Below are positions 17,830 to 27,459 of a stretch of DNA of 64,000 bases, in pieces. The position numbers and the translations under genes are program-made. Numbering within the stretch: the stretch's first letter is position 1; the number at the start of each line of letters is the position of its first letter. This DNA is from Myxococcota bacterium (GTDB lineage Bacteria; Myxococcota_A; UBA9042; PHBI01; JAWLBL01), in contig JAWLBL010000026.1 of assembly GCA_041687695.1 (NCBI GenBank), positions 32,001 to 96,000 of the forward strand, given 5' to 3'. The notes beneath the pieces are model-generated. The model was not told the origin of the DNA. It did not search any database and saw only the letters and a list, made by a program, of their open reading frames with translations.

Positions 17830-19626
17830 ATGCCGTACCGCGCCGCTCGCTTCATCCTGGCAGCCCTGCTCACGCTCGGCGCCTGCGCCCAGGACCCCGC
17901 CACCGGGCCCGCCTTGGTCCCGCTCGACGCCGCCGACTTCGACGGGGGCCCGCGGGACGACGGGGCCTCCACCGAGGTCGCCTCGTCCGACGTTGCCAGC
18001 GAAGGCGACGGTGCGGCCGCGCCCGCCGATCCCGCAGCGGCGTTGTACGCGCGCGACCGGATCGTCCAGGTCGCCATCGAGCTGGCGCCCGCGGCCTGGG
18101 ACACCTTGCGCGCCCAGGGCCGCACCCTCTTCGACATCCTGGGGCCCGGCTGCCTGGACGCGCCGCAGGCCTCGCCGTTCACCTGGTTCTCCGCCACCGT
18201 CACGGTCGACGGCCAGACCCTGACGCACGTCGGCGTCCGCAAGAAGGGGTTCCTCGGCTCGCTCGACGAGCAGCGGCCTTCGCTCAAGATCGAGTTCGAC
18301 GAGCTCGTCGAGGGTCAGAAGCTGGGCGGCGTCGAGCGGCTGACGCTCAACAACGGCCGCCAGGACCCGAGCCGCCTCGCGACCTGCCTCAGCTACGACG
18401 TGTTCGCGGCGGCCGGCGTGCCCGCGCCCCGCTGCAACTTCGCGCGCGTGACCGTGAACGGGACCGACCTGGGCGTGTACGTCAACGTCGAGCCGGTCAA
18501 AAAGCCGTTGCTACGCCGGCACTTCGGCGAGGACGACGGCGTGCTGTACGAGGGCGCCCTCAGCGACTTCCGCCCCGAGTGGCGTCACACCTTCGATCTG
18601 AAGCAGCCCAAGCCCGCGCCGTCGCCGCCGCCGCTCGACCCGCTGCTCGAGGCGCTGGCCGCGCCCGACGAGGAGCTGCTCGGCGCCCTCGACGCGGTGC
18701 TCGATCTCGACGCCTTCCTCAGCTTCTGGGCCGCCGAGGTCCTCGTCGGCCACTGGGACGGCTACGCCGGCAACGCCAACAACTTCTATGTCTATCGCGC
18801 CACCTCCGACGGTCGGTGGCGATTTCTGCCCTGGGGCGCCGACGCCACGTTCGTCACCCACGAGGATCGCCTCGACGCGCCCGCCAGCGTCATGGCGACC
18901 GGCGCCGTGGCCCACCGGCTGTACCAGCACCCCGAGGGGCGCGCCCTGTACCTGGCTCGTCTCGAGGCGCTGCTCGAGACCGCCTGGCGGCCCGACGAGC
19001 GGGTCGCCGAGATCGACCGCCTCGAGGCGGAGCTGGTCGCCCACGTGCCGGCCGATCGCCGCGCCGAGTTCGCCGTCGCCGTCGCCGCGCGCCGCGCCTG
19101 GGTCCTGGCCCAGCAGGGGCGGGTGCGCGCCGAGCTCGACGCCGGCGGCGTCGCGGGGCCGGCCTCGCTGCGTCCGGCCATCTGCATGCAAGAGGCCGGC
19201 GAGGTCGCCGTGACCTTCGAGACGACCTGGGGCACCGCCCTCGTCGACAACCTCTTCACGACCGGCTCTGGCTCCATGTCGGTCGCGGTCGCCGGCCAGA
19301 GCTGGCCCGTCGCAATGGTCGGCGCCAAGGCCGGGCCGCACCCCGACAAGCCCGGCGTCGGCCTCATCGCCGTGGCCGGTCAGCTCCCCGGCGGCAACGG
19401 GTTCGCCTTCGTCTGGGTCGAGTTTCCCCTCGCCGCCGTCGCCCCCGGCGCAGAAATCCCCTTGGACGGGACCGCGATCCAGGCCGTGTTGATGCACGTC
19501 CTGCCGGGGCAGGAGCCCAAGCTGGTCGGCCTATGTGCCACCGGCAGTCTGTCACTGTCCCAAGTTGGCCTCGGCGACGGCGACCCCATCGTGGGCGCGC
19601 TGGACAGCCCGGTGTGGACCTTCTAG
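17830..19626 (+). CDS. CotH kinase family lipoprotein
   Basis: Lipobox LGAC; VGVRKKGFLGS, RPSLKIEF, LTLNN, GVPAPRCNFA, LGVYVNVE, HWDGY, NNFYVY, LPWGAD. Confidence 0.88.
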   Translation: MPYRAARFILAALLTLGACAQDPATGPALVPLDAADFDGGPRDDGASTEVASSDVASEGDGAAAPADPAAALYARDRIVQVAIELAPAAWDTLRAQGRTLFDILGPGCLDAPQASPFTWFSATVTVDGQTLTHVGVRKKGFLGSLDEQRPSLKIEFDELVEGQKLGGVERLTLNNGRQDPSRLATCLSYDVFAAAGVPAPRCNFARVTVNGTDLGVYVNVEPVKKPLLRRHFGEDDGVLYEGALSDFRPEWRHTFDLKQPKPAPSPPPLDPLLEALAAPDEELLGALDAVLDLDAFLSFWAAEVLVGHWDGYAGNANNFYVYRATSDGRWRFLPWGADATFVTHEDRLDAPASVMATGAVAHRLYQHPEGRALYLARLEALLETAWRPDERVAEIDRLEAELVAHVPADRRAEFAVAVAARRAWVLAQQGRVRAELDAGGVAGPASLRPAICMQEAGEVAVTFETTWGTALVDNLFTTGSGSMSVAVAGQSWPVAMVGAKAGPHPDKPGVGLIAVAGQLPGGNGFAFVWVEFPLAAVAPGAEIPLDGTAIQAVLMHVLPGQEPKLVGLCATGSLSLSQVGLGDGDPIVGALDSPVWTF

Positions 19627-19814
19627 CCGGGTCACGTCTGGGGCCGCGCGGTTCCTCTGGGAATGCCCGGTGGCGCCGACCGCTTGTAGACCATTGAGAC
19701 GCCTGGACTTCTGACCGCCCGCGCGCCCCGGCTCGCCCTCCCGGCCACGTCGCGCGCCGCTGGTCCCTCCGCCGGCCTCTCCCCCCTCCCCCCGCTGACC
19801 GAGAGAGTGACGCC

Positions 19815-21752
19815 GTGACGCCGACGGACCGCAACGGACCGCGCGATTCGTCCCCGCAGAGCCCTCAGCAGGGCGGCCCGCGCCGAAGCCGCTGGTCGAC
19901 GCTGATGTGGCTCGCGCTGGGGATCCTGCTATTGGCCTGGGTCTGGGGGCCGCTCAGCGGCGCCCGCGAAGGCGCCCGAATCAGCTACACCGAGTTCCGC
20001 CAACAGCTCGAGCGCGGAAACGTGCAAGAGGTCGTCATCTCGGGCGAGGAGATCGTCGGCGAGCTCGAGACGCCCGCCAATCTGCCCGCCCAGGGCCGCG
20101 CGGCCGACGACCGTCGCTTCGTGACGTATGTGCCCTCCATCGGTGACGAGCAGCTGATGGCGGATCTGCGCGCCCAGAACGTCGAGGTCCACACCGAGCC
20201 CGAGCGCGGCATGAGCTGGCTCTTCCTGCTGCTCAACGTCCTGCCGTTCCTGCTGCTCATCTGGCTGGGCTTTCTGCTCATGAGCCGCATGCGCTCGCAG
20301 GGCCAGAACGTCTTCTCGATGGGCAAGAGCCGCGCCAAGACCTATCAGCCGTCGGCCGAGCGGACCGTGTTCTCGGATGTGGCCGGGTCCGCCGGGGCCA
20401 AGGGCGAGCTCGAGGAGGTCGTCGAGTTCCTGCGCAGCCCGCAGCGATTCCAGAAGCTCGGCGGCGAGATCCCGCGCGGCATCCTGCTGGTCGGCCCGCC
20501 GGGCACCGGCAAGACGCTGCTCGCCCGCGCCGTCGCTGGCGAGGCGAACGTGCCCTTCTACTCCATCACCGGCTCGGACTTCATGGAGATGCTGGTCGGC
20601 GTCGGCGCCTCACGCGTCCGCGACCTCTTCCGCGAGGCCAAGCAGAACGCGCCGGGCATCATCTTCATCGACGAGCTCGACTCCATCGGCCGGCGTCGCG
20701 GCGCCGGCCTCGGCGGCGGCCACGACGAGCGCGAGCAGACGCTCAACCAGCTGCTGAGCGAGATGGACGGCTTCGACACGACCCACGGCGTGCTGGTGAT
20801 GGCGGCGACCAACCGGCCCGACATCCTGGACCCGGCGCTGCTGCGCCCCGGCCGCTTCGACCGCCAGGTCGTCGTGGACCTGCCGACCATGGCCGACCGC
20901 GCGAAGATCCTGGCCATCCACGCGCGCAACAAGCCCATGGCCCCCGACGTGGAGCTCGAGGAGGTCGCGCGCTCGACCCCGGGTTTTTCGGGCGCCGCCC
21001 TGAAGAACCTGCTCAACGAGGCGGCGCTCCTGGCGGCGCGCGGGCACAAGGACATGATCGCTCGCCGCGACATCGACGACGCCCGAGACAAGATCCTGAT
21101 GGGCCTCGAGCGCGAGAACCTCGCCCTGACCGACGAGGAGATCCGCATGCTGGCCTACCACGAGGGCGGCCACGCCCTGCTGGCGGCCATCCTCCCCGAG
21201 GCCGATCCGCTGCACAAGGTGACCATCGTCCCGCGTGGCCGCGCGATGGGCGTCACCGAGCAGCTGCCCGAGCGCGACAAGTACGTCTACTCGCGGGCCT
21301 ACATGCTCGACCGGCTCGCCGTGATGATGGGCGGGCGCGCCGCCGAGGACCTGGTCTTCGACCAGTCGACCAGCGGCGCCGAGAACGATCTGAAGCAGGC
21401 GACCCGCCTCGCCCGCAAGATGGTGATGGACTGGGGCATGTCCGAGCGCCTCGGCCACATGGCGGTGTCGGGCAACACCGAGCACGTCTTCCTCGGCGAG
21501 GATCTCGGCCACACGCGCGAGTACTCCGAGGCGACGGCCCGCGAGATCGACACCGAGGTCAAGGTCATCCTCGAGCAGGCCTACGACCGCGCGCTCCGCC
21601 TGCTCGACCAGCACCGCGTGGGCCTCGACGCCATCGCGGACGCCCTCGTCGAGAGCGAAGTCATCTCTGGAACCAAGGTCTTCGAGCTCCTGGGTCTCGG
21701 TGGCAACGGTGGACGCCCCGAGCCCAGGGAAGCAGCCAGGCGCCTTCAATAG
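19815..21752 (+). CDS. ftsH: ATP-dependent zinc metalloprotease FtsH
   Basis: Two TM segments, [45 protein letters not shown]. Confidence 0.97.
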   Translation: MTPTDRNGPRDSSPQSPQQGGPRRSRWSTLMWLALGILLLAWVWGPLSGAREGARISYTEFRQQLERGNVQEVVISGEEIVGELETPANLPAQGRAADDRRFVTYVPSIGDEQLMADLRAQNVEVHTEPERGMSWLFLLLNVLPFLLLIWLGFLLMSRMRSQGQNVFSMGKSRAKTYQPSAERTVFSDVAGSAGAKGELEEVVEFLRSPQRFQKLGGEIPRGILLVGPPGTGKTLLARAVAGEANVPFYSITGSDFMEMLVGVGASRVRDLFREAKQNAPGIIFIDELDSIGRRRGAGLGGGHDEREQTLNQLLSEMDGFDTTHGVLVMAATNRPDILDPALLRPGRFDRQVVVDLPTMADRAKILAIHARNKPMAPDVELEEVARSTPGFSGAALKNLLNEAALLAARGHKDMIARRDIDDARDKILMGLERENLALTDEEIRMLAYHEGGHALLAAILPEADPLHKVTIVPRGRAMGVTEQLPERDKYVYSRAYMLDRLAVMMGGRAAEDLVFDQSTSGAENDLKQATRLARKMVMDWGMSERLGHMAVSGNTEHVFLGEDLGHTREYSEATAREIDTEVKVILEQAYDRALRLLDQHRVGLDAIADALVESEVISGTKVFELLGLGGNGGRPEPREAARRLQ

Positions 21753-21777
21753 ACCGCGTCTGGAGCGAAGTGGGTCC

Positions 21778-21819
21778 GACCCCGGCCGCCCCCCTCGGGA
21801 CGGCGGCCGGGGTCCTTTT
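21778..21819 (+). terminator. intrinsic terminator after ftsH
   Basis: 13-bp stem GACCCCGGCCGCC/GGCGGCCGGGGTC followed by CTTTT. Confidence 0.75.
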
Positions 21820-21882
21820 CCGCTTTCGAAAACCGTCCGGTCCCGTGAACCCCGCGCCCCGTTCGCGCGTTGAGGCGCACCG

Positions 21883-22950
21883 ATGACGACGACCATCCTC
21901 ATGTTCGTGGCGGGCCTGGTGCTGCTGGTCGGCGGGGCCGAGGTGCTCATCCGCGGCGCCTCGCGCCTGGCCGGCCGCTTCGGCGTCTCGCCGCTGGTCG
22001 TAGGCCTGACCGTGGTCGCCTTCGGCACCAGCGCGCCCGAGATGGCGGTCACCGTCGGCGCGGCGGCCACCGGGGCGAGCCAGCTGGCCCTGGGCAACGT
22101 GGTCGGCAGCAACATCTTCAACATCTTGTTCGTGCTGGGCCTCGCCGCCCTGTTCGCGCCGCTGATCGTGGCCCGACAGGTGGTGTGGCGAGAGGTCCCC
22201 CTGCTCATCGGGCTGTCCGTGGTCCTCATGGTGATGAGCCTGGACGGCCACATCGGCCGCCTCGAGGGCGCGCTGCTGTTCGGGGGCCTGCTGGTCTACA
22301 CGGCCTGGACGGTGTGGGCCAGCCGCAAGGCGACCGCCGCCGCCGCCGACGACGCCCTGCCGCCTCCCACCGGCAACCCGGCCGTGGACGCCGTCTTCAT
22401 CGTGGTCGGTCTGGCGCTGCTGGTGCTCGGCGCCAAGTGGCTGGTCGACAGCTCCGTCACCTTCGCCCGCGCGCTGGGCGTCAGCGAGCTGGTCATCGGC
22501 CTGACCATCGTCGCCGCCGGCACCTCCCTGCCCGAGGTCGCCGCCTCCGTGGTCGCGACCCTCAAGGGCGAGCGCGACCTGGCCGTCGGCAACGCGGTCG
22601 GCAGCTGCATCTTCAACATCGCCGGCGTGATGGGCCTCGCCGGCCTCGCCTCGCCGGGCGGCGTCCTGGCCCCGGCCGCGACGATCGCCTTCGACCTGCC
22701 GGTGATGCTCGCCACCGCGGTCGCGACCCTGCCCATCATCGCCACCGGCCACCGCATCAACCGCTGGGAGGGCCTGGTCTTTCTGGGCTACTACGCCGCC
22801 TACCTGGCCTACACGGTCCTCGCCGCCCAGCAGCACGACGCCCTGCACGGCTTCACCGACGTGATGCTGTGGTACGTCATGCCCCTGACCGCCCTGACCC
22901 TGGTCGTCGTCCTGCTCGCCGAGGCCCGCAAGTCCCGCATGCGGAGTTGA
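21883..22950 (+). CDS. calcium/sodium antiporter (YrbG/CaCA family)
   Basis: Alpha repeats GLTVVAFGTSAPE...GNVVGSNIFN and GLTIVAAGTSLPE...GNAVGSCIFN. Confidence 0.92.
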   Translation: MTTTILMFVAGLVLLVGGAEVLIRGASRLAGRFGVSPLVVGLTVVAFGTSAPEMAVTVGAAATGASQLALGNVVGSNIFNILFVLGLAALFAPLIVARQVVWREVPLLIGLSVVLMVMSLDGHIGRLEGALLFGGLLVYTAWTVWASRKATAAAADDALPPPTGNPAVDAVFIVVGLALLVLGAKWLVDSSVTFARALGVSELVIGLTIVAAGTSLPEVAASVVATLKGERDLAVGNAVGSCIFNIAGVMGLAGLASPGGVLAPAATIAFDLPVMLATAVATLPIIATGHRINRWEGLVFLGYYAAYLAYTVLAAQQHDALHGFTDVMLWYVMPLTALTLVVVLLAEARKSRMRS

Positions 22951-22997
22951 GCTCGCCGCGGAGCTCGTCTGGTGGCGTCGCCTTGGACCGTCCGGTG

Positions 22998-23270
22998 GCG
23001 TCGCCGTGGAGAGCCCCCGCTAGCGGGGGCTCGTTGGATCGGCGCCGCTGGCGGCGCCTGCCATTCCCGCACCTCTGCGAGAGTTCGCGTTCGTGTCTGC
23101 GGAGCGCCCGCGCTCGCGCGGCTCGCTGGTTTGCGGTGCTCGCGTCGCCGTGGAGTGCCCCCGCTGGCGGGGGCTCGTTGGATCGGCGCCGCTGGCGGCG
23201 CCTGCCATTCCCGCACCTCTGCGAGAGTTCGCGTTCGTGTCTACGGAGCGCCCGCGCTCGCGCGGGCTCG
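22998..23270 (+). repeat. REP/BIME-like cluster: two near-identical copies (144-bp period), each with two GGAG-tagged REP hairpins
   Basis: Copies start at 22998 and 23142; REPs at 23008-23032, 23101-23124, 23152-23176 and 23245-23269 (GGAG-N-GCCC[C/G]CGC-TN-GCG[G/C]GGGCTC). Confidence 0.88.
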
Positions 23271-23271
23271 G

Positions 23272-23820
23272 TCAGGCGACCCGAAGCGACCCGAAGTCGT
23301 CGGGCACGGCCACATCCTCGATCTTCAACTCGCGCACGATCTTGACCAACTCGGGCCTGGCGCGGTCCAGGAACTCTCTGGCCGAACACCACGGGTACTG
23401 TGCCGCATCCGCCACCAGGCCGTGCCGCACCGGATTGCGCAAGACGTAGGCGAGCCGCGTCAGGAACGCCCGCTCGTCGGCCAGGTAGCGGTCCCAGTAT
23501 TGGTGCCAGACCTGGCGCTTGTCTGCACCGTCGAGCCGGTTGACGTGTCGAGCCGTGACCCCATGCAGGTGATTGATGAAGCGGGCGAGCGTCTTCGGAT
23601 TCTCAGGCGAGTGGCCCACGAAGTGGTAGTGGTCTGGCATGACCGCCCATGCCTCGAGCCGCCAACCGTAGCGGTCGGCGAGCGCTCGGAGCTGCTCGAC
23701 CAGAAACGTTCGTCGGTCGGGGGCCTCGAAGAGCGGCAAGTGGCGATATGTGGCCGAGGTCACGATGTAGGGACCCGGCTGCTCGAGATGGTGGATGGGT
23801 TTGTGCGGCCAGCGGTGCAT
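23272..23820 (-). mobile_element. REP-associated tyrosine transposase (RAYT, IS200/Y1 HUH family)
   Basis: YIVTSAT, AWAVMPDHYH (HUH), VWHQYWDR, YVLRNPVRHGLV, YPWCSA; flanked on both sides by REP hairpins; GGAGG RBS. Confidence 0.9.
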
Positions 23821-23901
23821 CTCGGTCCTCCGTGGTGGGTTCGCGCGGAGGGACTGCAGGGAACGGGCCAAGTCGCCATGGCCGTCGTGGTCGGCGCTGC
23901 C

Positions 23902-24117
23902 AGCTTTGCCAACCAGCGAGCCCTCGCGAGCGAGGGCACTCCCGTTGGCCCCGCGAGCTTTGTCCGACAGCGAGCCCTCGCGAGCGAGGGCACTCCGGTT
24001 GGCCCCGCGAGCTTTGCCCGCGAGCGTGCCGTGGCGAGCGAGGGCGCTCCGCGTGCGCCGCGAGCTTTGCCGACCAGCGAGCCCTCGCGAGCGAGGGCAC
24101 TCCGGTTGCCCCCGCGA
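23902..24117 (-). repeat. four tandem 53-54-bp units, each with one GGAG-tagged REP
   Basis: Units start at 23902, 23956, 24010 and 24063; REP (minus strand) GGAGTGCCCTCGCTCGCGAGGGCTC at 23918-23942, 23972-23996 and 24079-24103, degenerate copy at 24026-24050. Confidence 0.9.
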
Positions 24118-24169
24118 CCACCTCGGAGGGCGCGGAGGCGGGGTTCGAGGACCCCAGAGGATGGGGTCG

Positions 24170-25450
24170 TCAGGCCAGGGCGCGGAGGGCAGCGAGGGCG
24201 AAGTCGACGTCGGCGGGGGTGTTGAGGACGCCGGGGGTCAGGCGGGCGTGGGAGCGCAGGTAGGGGGTGGTCGAGGCGATGACGTTGCGCTCGCGCAGGC
24301 GCGCGACGGTGGCGTCGGCCGACAGGCCGTCGACGTCGAAGCAGACGATGCCCGCGGACAGGCGCGGGTTCATGGGGGTGTGGAGGCGGACATGGCCCAT
24401 CTTGGACAGGCCCTCCTTGAGCTGGGTCGCCAGGGATCGGATGTGGGCGGCGACGTCTGCCTTGCCCAGCTCGCGTTGGAGGTCGAAGGCCTGGGCGAGG
24501 GCCCAGCGGTGCTCGAAGGCGTGGAAGCCGCCGGGGGTCATGCGCCCGCCCCAGCCGTCCCAGAAGGTGAAGGTCGGGATGATGGGCTCGAGCTGGCCGT
24601 GGGCGCGCGGGTGACCCCACAGGATGCCGGTGCCGCGGGGGCCCAGCAGCCACTTGTGGGTGCCGGCCATCAGGAAGTCGACGCCGAGGTCGGTGACGTC
24701 GAAGTCCTCGACCCCGACGGCATGCACGGCGTCCAGGGCGATGATCGGCGCGCCGCCCGAGCTGCGCAGCGCCTCGGTGATCTCGCGGATGGGCAGCTTG
24801 AGGCCGGTGTCCGACTGGACCCAGGTCAGCGCGAGGACGCGGGTGGCGGGGCGGATCTCGCGCCGGAGCCCGTCGACCAGCTCGCCCGCGGACACCCGCG
24901 ACAGGTCGGCGTAGTGCGGCACCCGGCGCACCGTCGCGCCCGAGCGGGCGGCGCGCAGCTTCAGCGCCTCGTGGGTCGAGTAGTAGTCGTGGTCGGTCGT
25001 CAGCAGCTCGTCGCCCGGACCGACCTTCAGGCCGCCATACACCAGGCCGATGCCCATCGTCGTGCTGTCGGTCAGCGCGTACTGCTCGGGCGCGCCGCCG
25101 AGGTAGCGCGCGGCGGCCCGGCGCACGGCCTGGTCGGCCTCTCGGTTCGTCCCGTTGACGTAGCCGGCCGGGTTGCGGTCCAGCCCGTCGCGGTGCTCGG
25201 CGATGGCCTGGGCCACCGGGTCGGGGTGGGTCGCGATGAGCAGCCCGGCCATGTGGACCACGTCCGGGTCCTGCCGCGTCAGCCGCCGCGCCCGCGCGGC
25301 CGGCCCGCCGTTACGGGAGGCCGGAGCGTCGGTCGACGGGTCGGGCGGCTCGGGGGCGGGCTCGGCGCCGTCGTCGTCTCGACGGCATCCGGCCAGGGCG
25401 CCGGCCGTCAGCAGGGCGCTGGCGCGGGTCAGGAAGTCGCGGCGGTGCAT
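24170..25450 (-). CDS. Tat-exported class V PLP aminotransferase-fold lipoprotein (PvdN-like)
   Basis: MHRRDFL Tat motif plus lipobox LAGC; ATHPDPV...HRDGLDRNP, TDSTTMG, DAVH, GTHKWLLGPRGTG, TPGGFHAFEHRWAL. Confidence 0.82.
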   Translation of the reverse strand: MHRRDFLTRASALLTAGALAGCRRDDDGAEPAPEPPDPSTDAPASRNGGPAARARRLTRQDPDVVHMAGLLIATHPDPVAQAIAEHRDGLDRNPAGYVNGTNREADQAVRRAAARYLGGAPEQYALTDSTTMGIGLVYGGLKVGPGDELLTTDHDYYSTHEALKLRAARSGATVRRVPHYADLSRVSAGELVDGLRREIRPATRVLALTWVQSDTGLKLPIREITEALRSSGGAPIIALDAVHAVGVEDFDVTDLGVDFLMAGTHKWLLGPRGTGILWGHPRAHGQLEPIIPTFTFWDGWGGRMTPGGFHAFEHRWALAQAFDLQRELGKADVAAHIRSLATQLKEGLSKMGHVRLHTPMNPRLSAGIVCFDVDGLSADATVARLRERNVIASTTPYLRSHARLTPGVLNTPADVDFALAALRALA

Positions 25451-25526
25451 GCCTTCAGTCTGCGGCCGGCGCGCCGGAGTGGCCAGCGGCAGGCTGGCAC
25501 GGCGATCGGGCAGACGCCGCGAGCCG

Positions 25527-26348
25527 TCAGGCGGCGAGGGCCTCGCGGTCGGCGTCGTGCTCGGCGGCCGGGTCGATGCGCAAGAACCGCGAGAGGTAGT
25601 GGACGCCCAGATAGAACAGGGGCGTGTCGAGGAGGGCGAAGGCGAGCTTGAAGAGGTAGGACGACAGGATGAACGTCACCAGCTGGCCGGCGAGCGGGGC
25701 CGCGGGGTCGATGGGCAGCGCGCCGGCGAAGTAGTGGGTGATGAGGATGACGGCCGTCGAGTCGACCAGCTGCGAGGCGAGGGTCGAGGCGTTGTTGCGC
25801 AGCCACAGGTGGCGGCCGCGGGTCAGACGCTTCCAGAAGTGGAAGAGATAGACGTCGCAGAACTGCGCGGCGAGGTAGGCCATCATCGAGGCCGTGACGG
25901 CGCCGAAGGCCAGGGCGCGGACCTCGAAGAAGACCGGCGGGCGGCCGGCGGCGTCGAGGACCAGCGCGCCGGTGGCGGGGTCGACGGCCTCGAAGCCGGG
26001 CAGGGCGCCGCCGAGCCACATGACGAACATCACCCAGACGTTGAGCATCAGCCCGACCCAGACGACCGCGTTGGCGCGGGCGCGGCCGTACAGCTCGCTG
26101 ATGAAGTCGGTGCACAGGAAGGTGATCGGATAGGGCAGGACCCCGATCGCCACGACCATCGGGATCTCGAGCCCGAACAGCGAGAACGACAGGTCGACGA
26201 AGCGGCTGATGCCCAGGATGTTGAGCATCGTCAGGCTGCCCAGGAACAGCCCGGCCAGCACCAGGAAGACGCGCTCGCGGCGCGCGTGCAGGTGGGAGGC
26301 CTCGATGGGGTGCAGGGCGGGGGGCGGGCGGCGATCGGGCGATGACAT
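25527..26348 (-). CDS. yhhQ: queuosine precursor transporter (YhhQ/VUT family)
   Basis: YPITFLCTDFISELYG, SMMAYLAAQFCDV, LWLRNNASTLASQLVDS, YLFKLAFALLDTP. Confidence 0.88.
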   Translation of the reverse strand: MSSPDRRPPPALHPIEASHLHARRERVFLVLAGLFLGSLTMLNILGISRFVDLSFSLFGLEIPMVVAIGVLPYPITFLCTDFISELYGRARANAVVWVGLMLNVWVMFVMWLGGALPGFEAVDPATGALVLDAAGRPPVFFEVRALAFGAVTASMMAYLAAQFCDVYLFHFWKRLTRGRHLWLRNNASTLASQLVDSTAVILITHYFAGALPIDPAAPLAGQLVTFILSSYLFKLAFALLDTPLFYLGVHYLSRFLRIDPAAEHDADREALAA

Positions 26349-26355
26349 GGGCCGC

Positions 26356-26384
26356 AGATTAGGTGCAAACCCGCGATTTTCGAA
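26356..26384 (-). promoter_or_regulatory. promoter for yhhQ (leaderless geometry)
   Basis: TTCGAA-17-TAATCT, 7 nt before ATG at 26348; no SD. Confidence 0.5.
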
Positions 26385-26437
26385 AAGAGAACGACCCCCA
26401 CGCGCGGCCAGGAGGCGGGAGCCGGCGTGGGGGTCGT
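26383..26437 (-). terminator. intrinsic terminator after the 26487-27143 gene
   Basis: 12-bp stem ACGACCCCCACG (26391-26402)/CGTGGGGGTCGT (26426-26437), then TCTCTTTT on the minus strand. Confidence 0.65.
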
Positions 26438-26486
26438 GGGGGGTCGCGCCGCGGGGACGGCGCGGGGGGAGGCGCCGTGAGGGGGA

Positions 26487-27143
26487 TCAGGGCGCGCGGA
26501 GGCTCCGGACGACGTTGTCGAGGGTCTGGCGATCCTGGCTCGACAGCTGCTCGGAGCCGAGGGGGACGATGCCGACGAGGACGAAGGTGTCGTCCTCACA
26601 GACGAGGTAGGCGGCCATGGAGCGGTAGGGCATGTCCTGGCTGGCCTCGATGGCGCTGCGCGAGCGCATCTCGCCGTACAGGGCCTGGGCGGTGCCCACG
26701 CGGCGCATGTCGACCTGCTGCACCTGGTAGATGGGCAGCATGTCGGGATCCGGGTTGCCGAAGTCGCGCTGCATCTGGGCCCACTCGGCCTCGAGGGCGG
26801 GCTGGCAGGACTGGCCCTCGTAGCGGGGCTCGGTCACGATGATGACCGAGTTCGGCAGGGTGCTCGGGGCGCGGTAGATGCGGCTCGAGTACAGGTTCTC
26901 GGGGACCGGCTGGCCCGCGTTGTCGAGCGTGGCGTCCATCGGCAGCTGCAGCGTCGCGCCCGTTCGAAGGTCGATGACCATGCCCTGGGAGGGCTGGACC
27001 TGCGTCTGCGTCGCCGTCGTGGCGGGTGGCGTCTGGGTCGTGGTGGCCGGTCGATCGGCTCGGTCGGTCGCGCACGCGACGACGAGCATGGGCGCGACGA
27101 GGAGCGCGGCGAGCCGGCCAGCGAATCGAAAGGTGAGCTTCAT
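26487..27143 (-). CDS. hypothetical lipoprotein
   Basis: MKLTFRFAGRLAALLVAPMLVVAC lipoprotein signal, Thr-rich linker; start moved to ATG 27143. Confidence 0.7.
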   Translation of the reverse strand: MKLTFRFAGRLAALLVAPMLVVACATDRADRPATTTQTPPATTATQTQVQPSQGMVIDLRTGATLQLPMDATLDNAGQPVPENLYSSRIYRAPSTLPNSVIIVTEPRYEGQSCQPALEAEWAQMQRDFGNPDPDMLPIYQVQQVDMRRVGTAQALYGEMRSRSAIEASQDMPYRSMAAYLVCEDDTFVLVGIVPLGSEQLSSQDRQTLDNVVRSLRAP

Positions 27144-27459
27144 CGGAGTTCTCCCGGGGGGAACGGAGCCGCTCCGGCGCCACCTGGCGGGGAGGGGGCC
27201 GGCGCTTGGGGAGGCGATTCGGTGGGGAGCGATGGGGGGGGGGCGCGGGTCGGGGGACTCGGGTCTCCCCAAGGGCGGGGAGGAGGCCGGACACCGGACG
27301 GGAGCGACGAGACGCCCCATCAAAGACAAGGTTGGATCAGGGGCGGCGCGATGCCAACGAAGGGGGCGCGAAAGGACGCGGGCGGCGCGCGGCGGTGTGG
27401 CGCGCAGGTGTTGCCACGCCGGTTCGGGGCGCATAAAGCAAGGACCGACAGGAGGTCGC

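Noticed and set aside
23902..24117. CRISPR array (regular 54-bp period with a palindromic core)
   Set aside because: The inter-palindrome segments are similar to each other rather than unique spacers, no cas genes are present, and the adjacent RAYT explains them as REPs.
26349..26440. preQ1 riboswitch upstream of yhhQ
   Set aside because: No preQ1 consensus is visible. The hairpin is better explained as the upstream gene's terminator, and the promoter geometry suggests a leaderless transcript.
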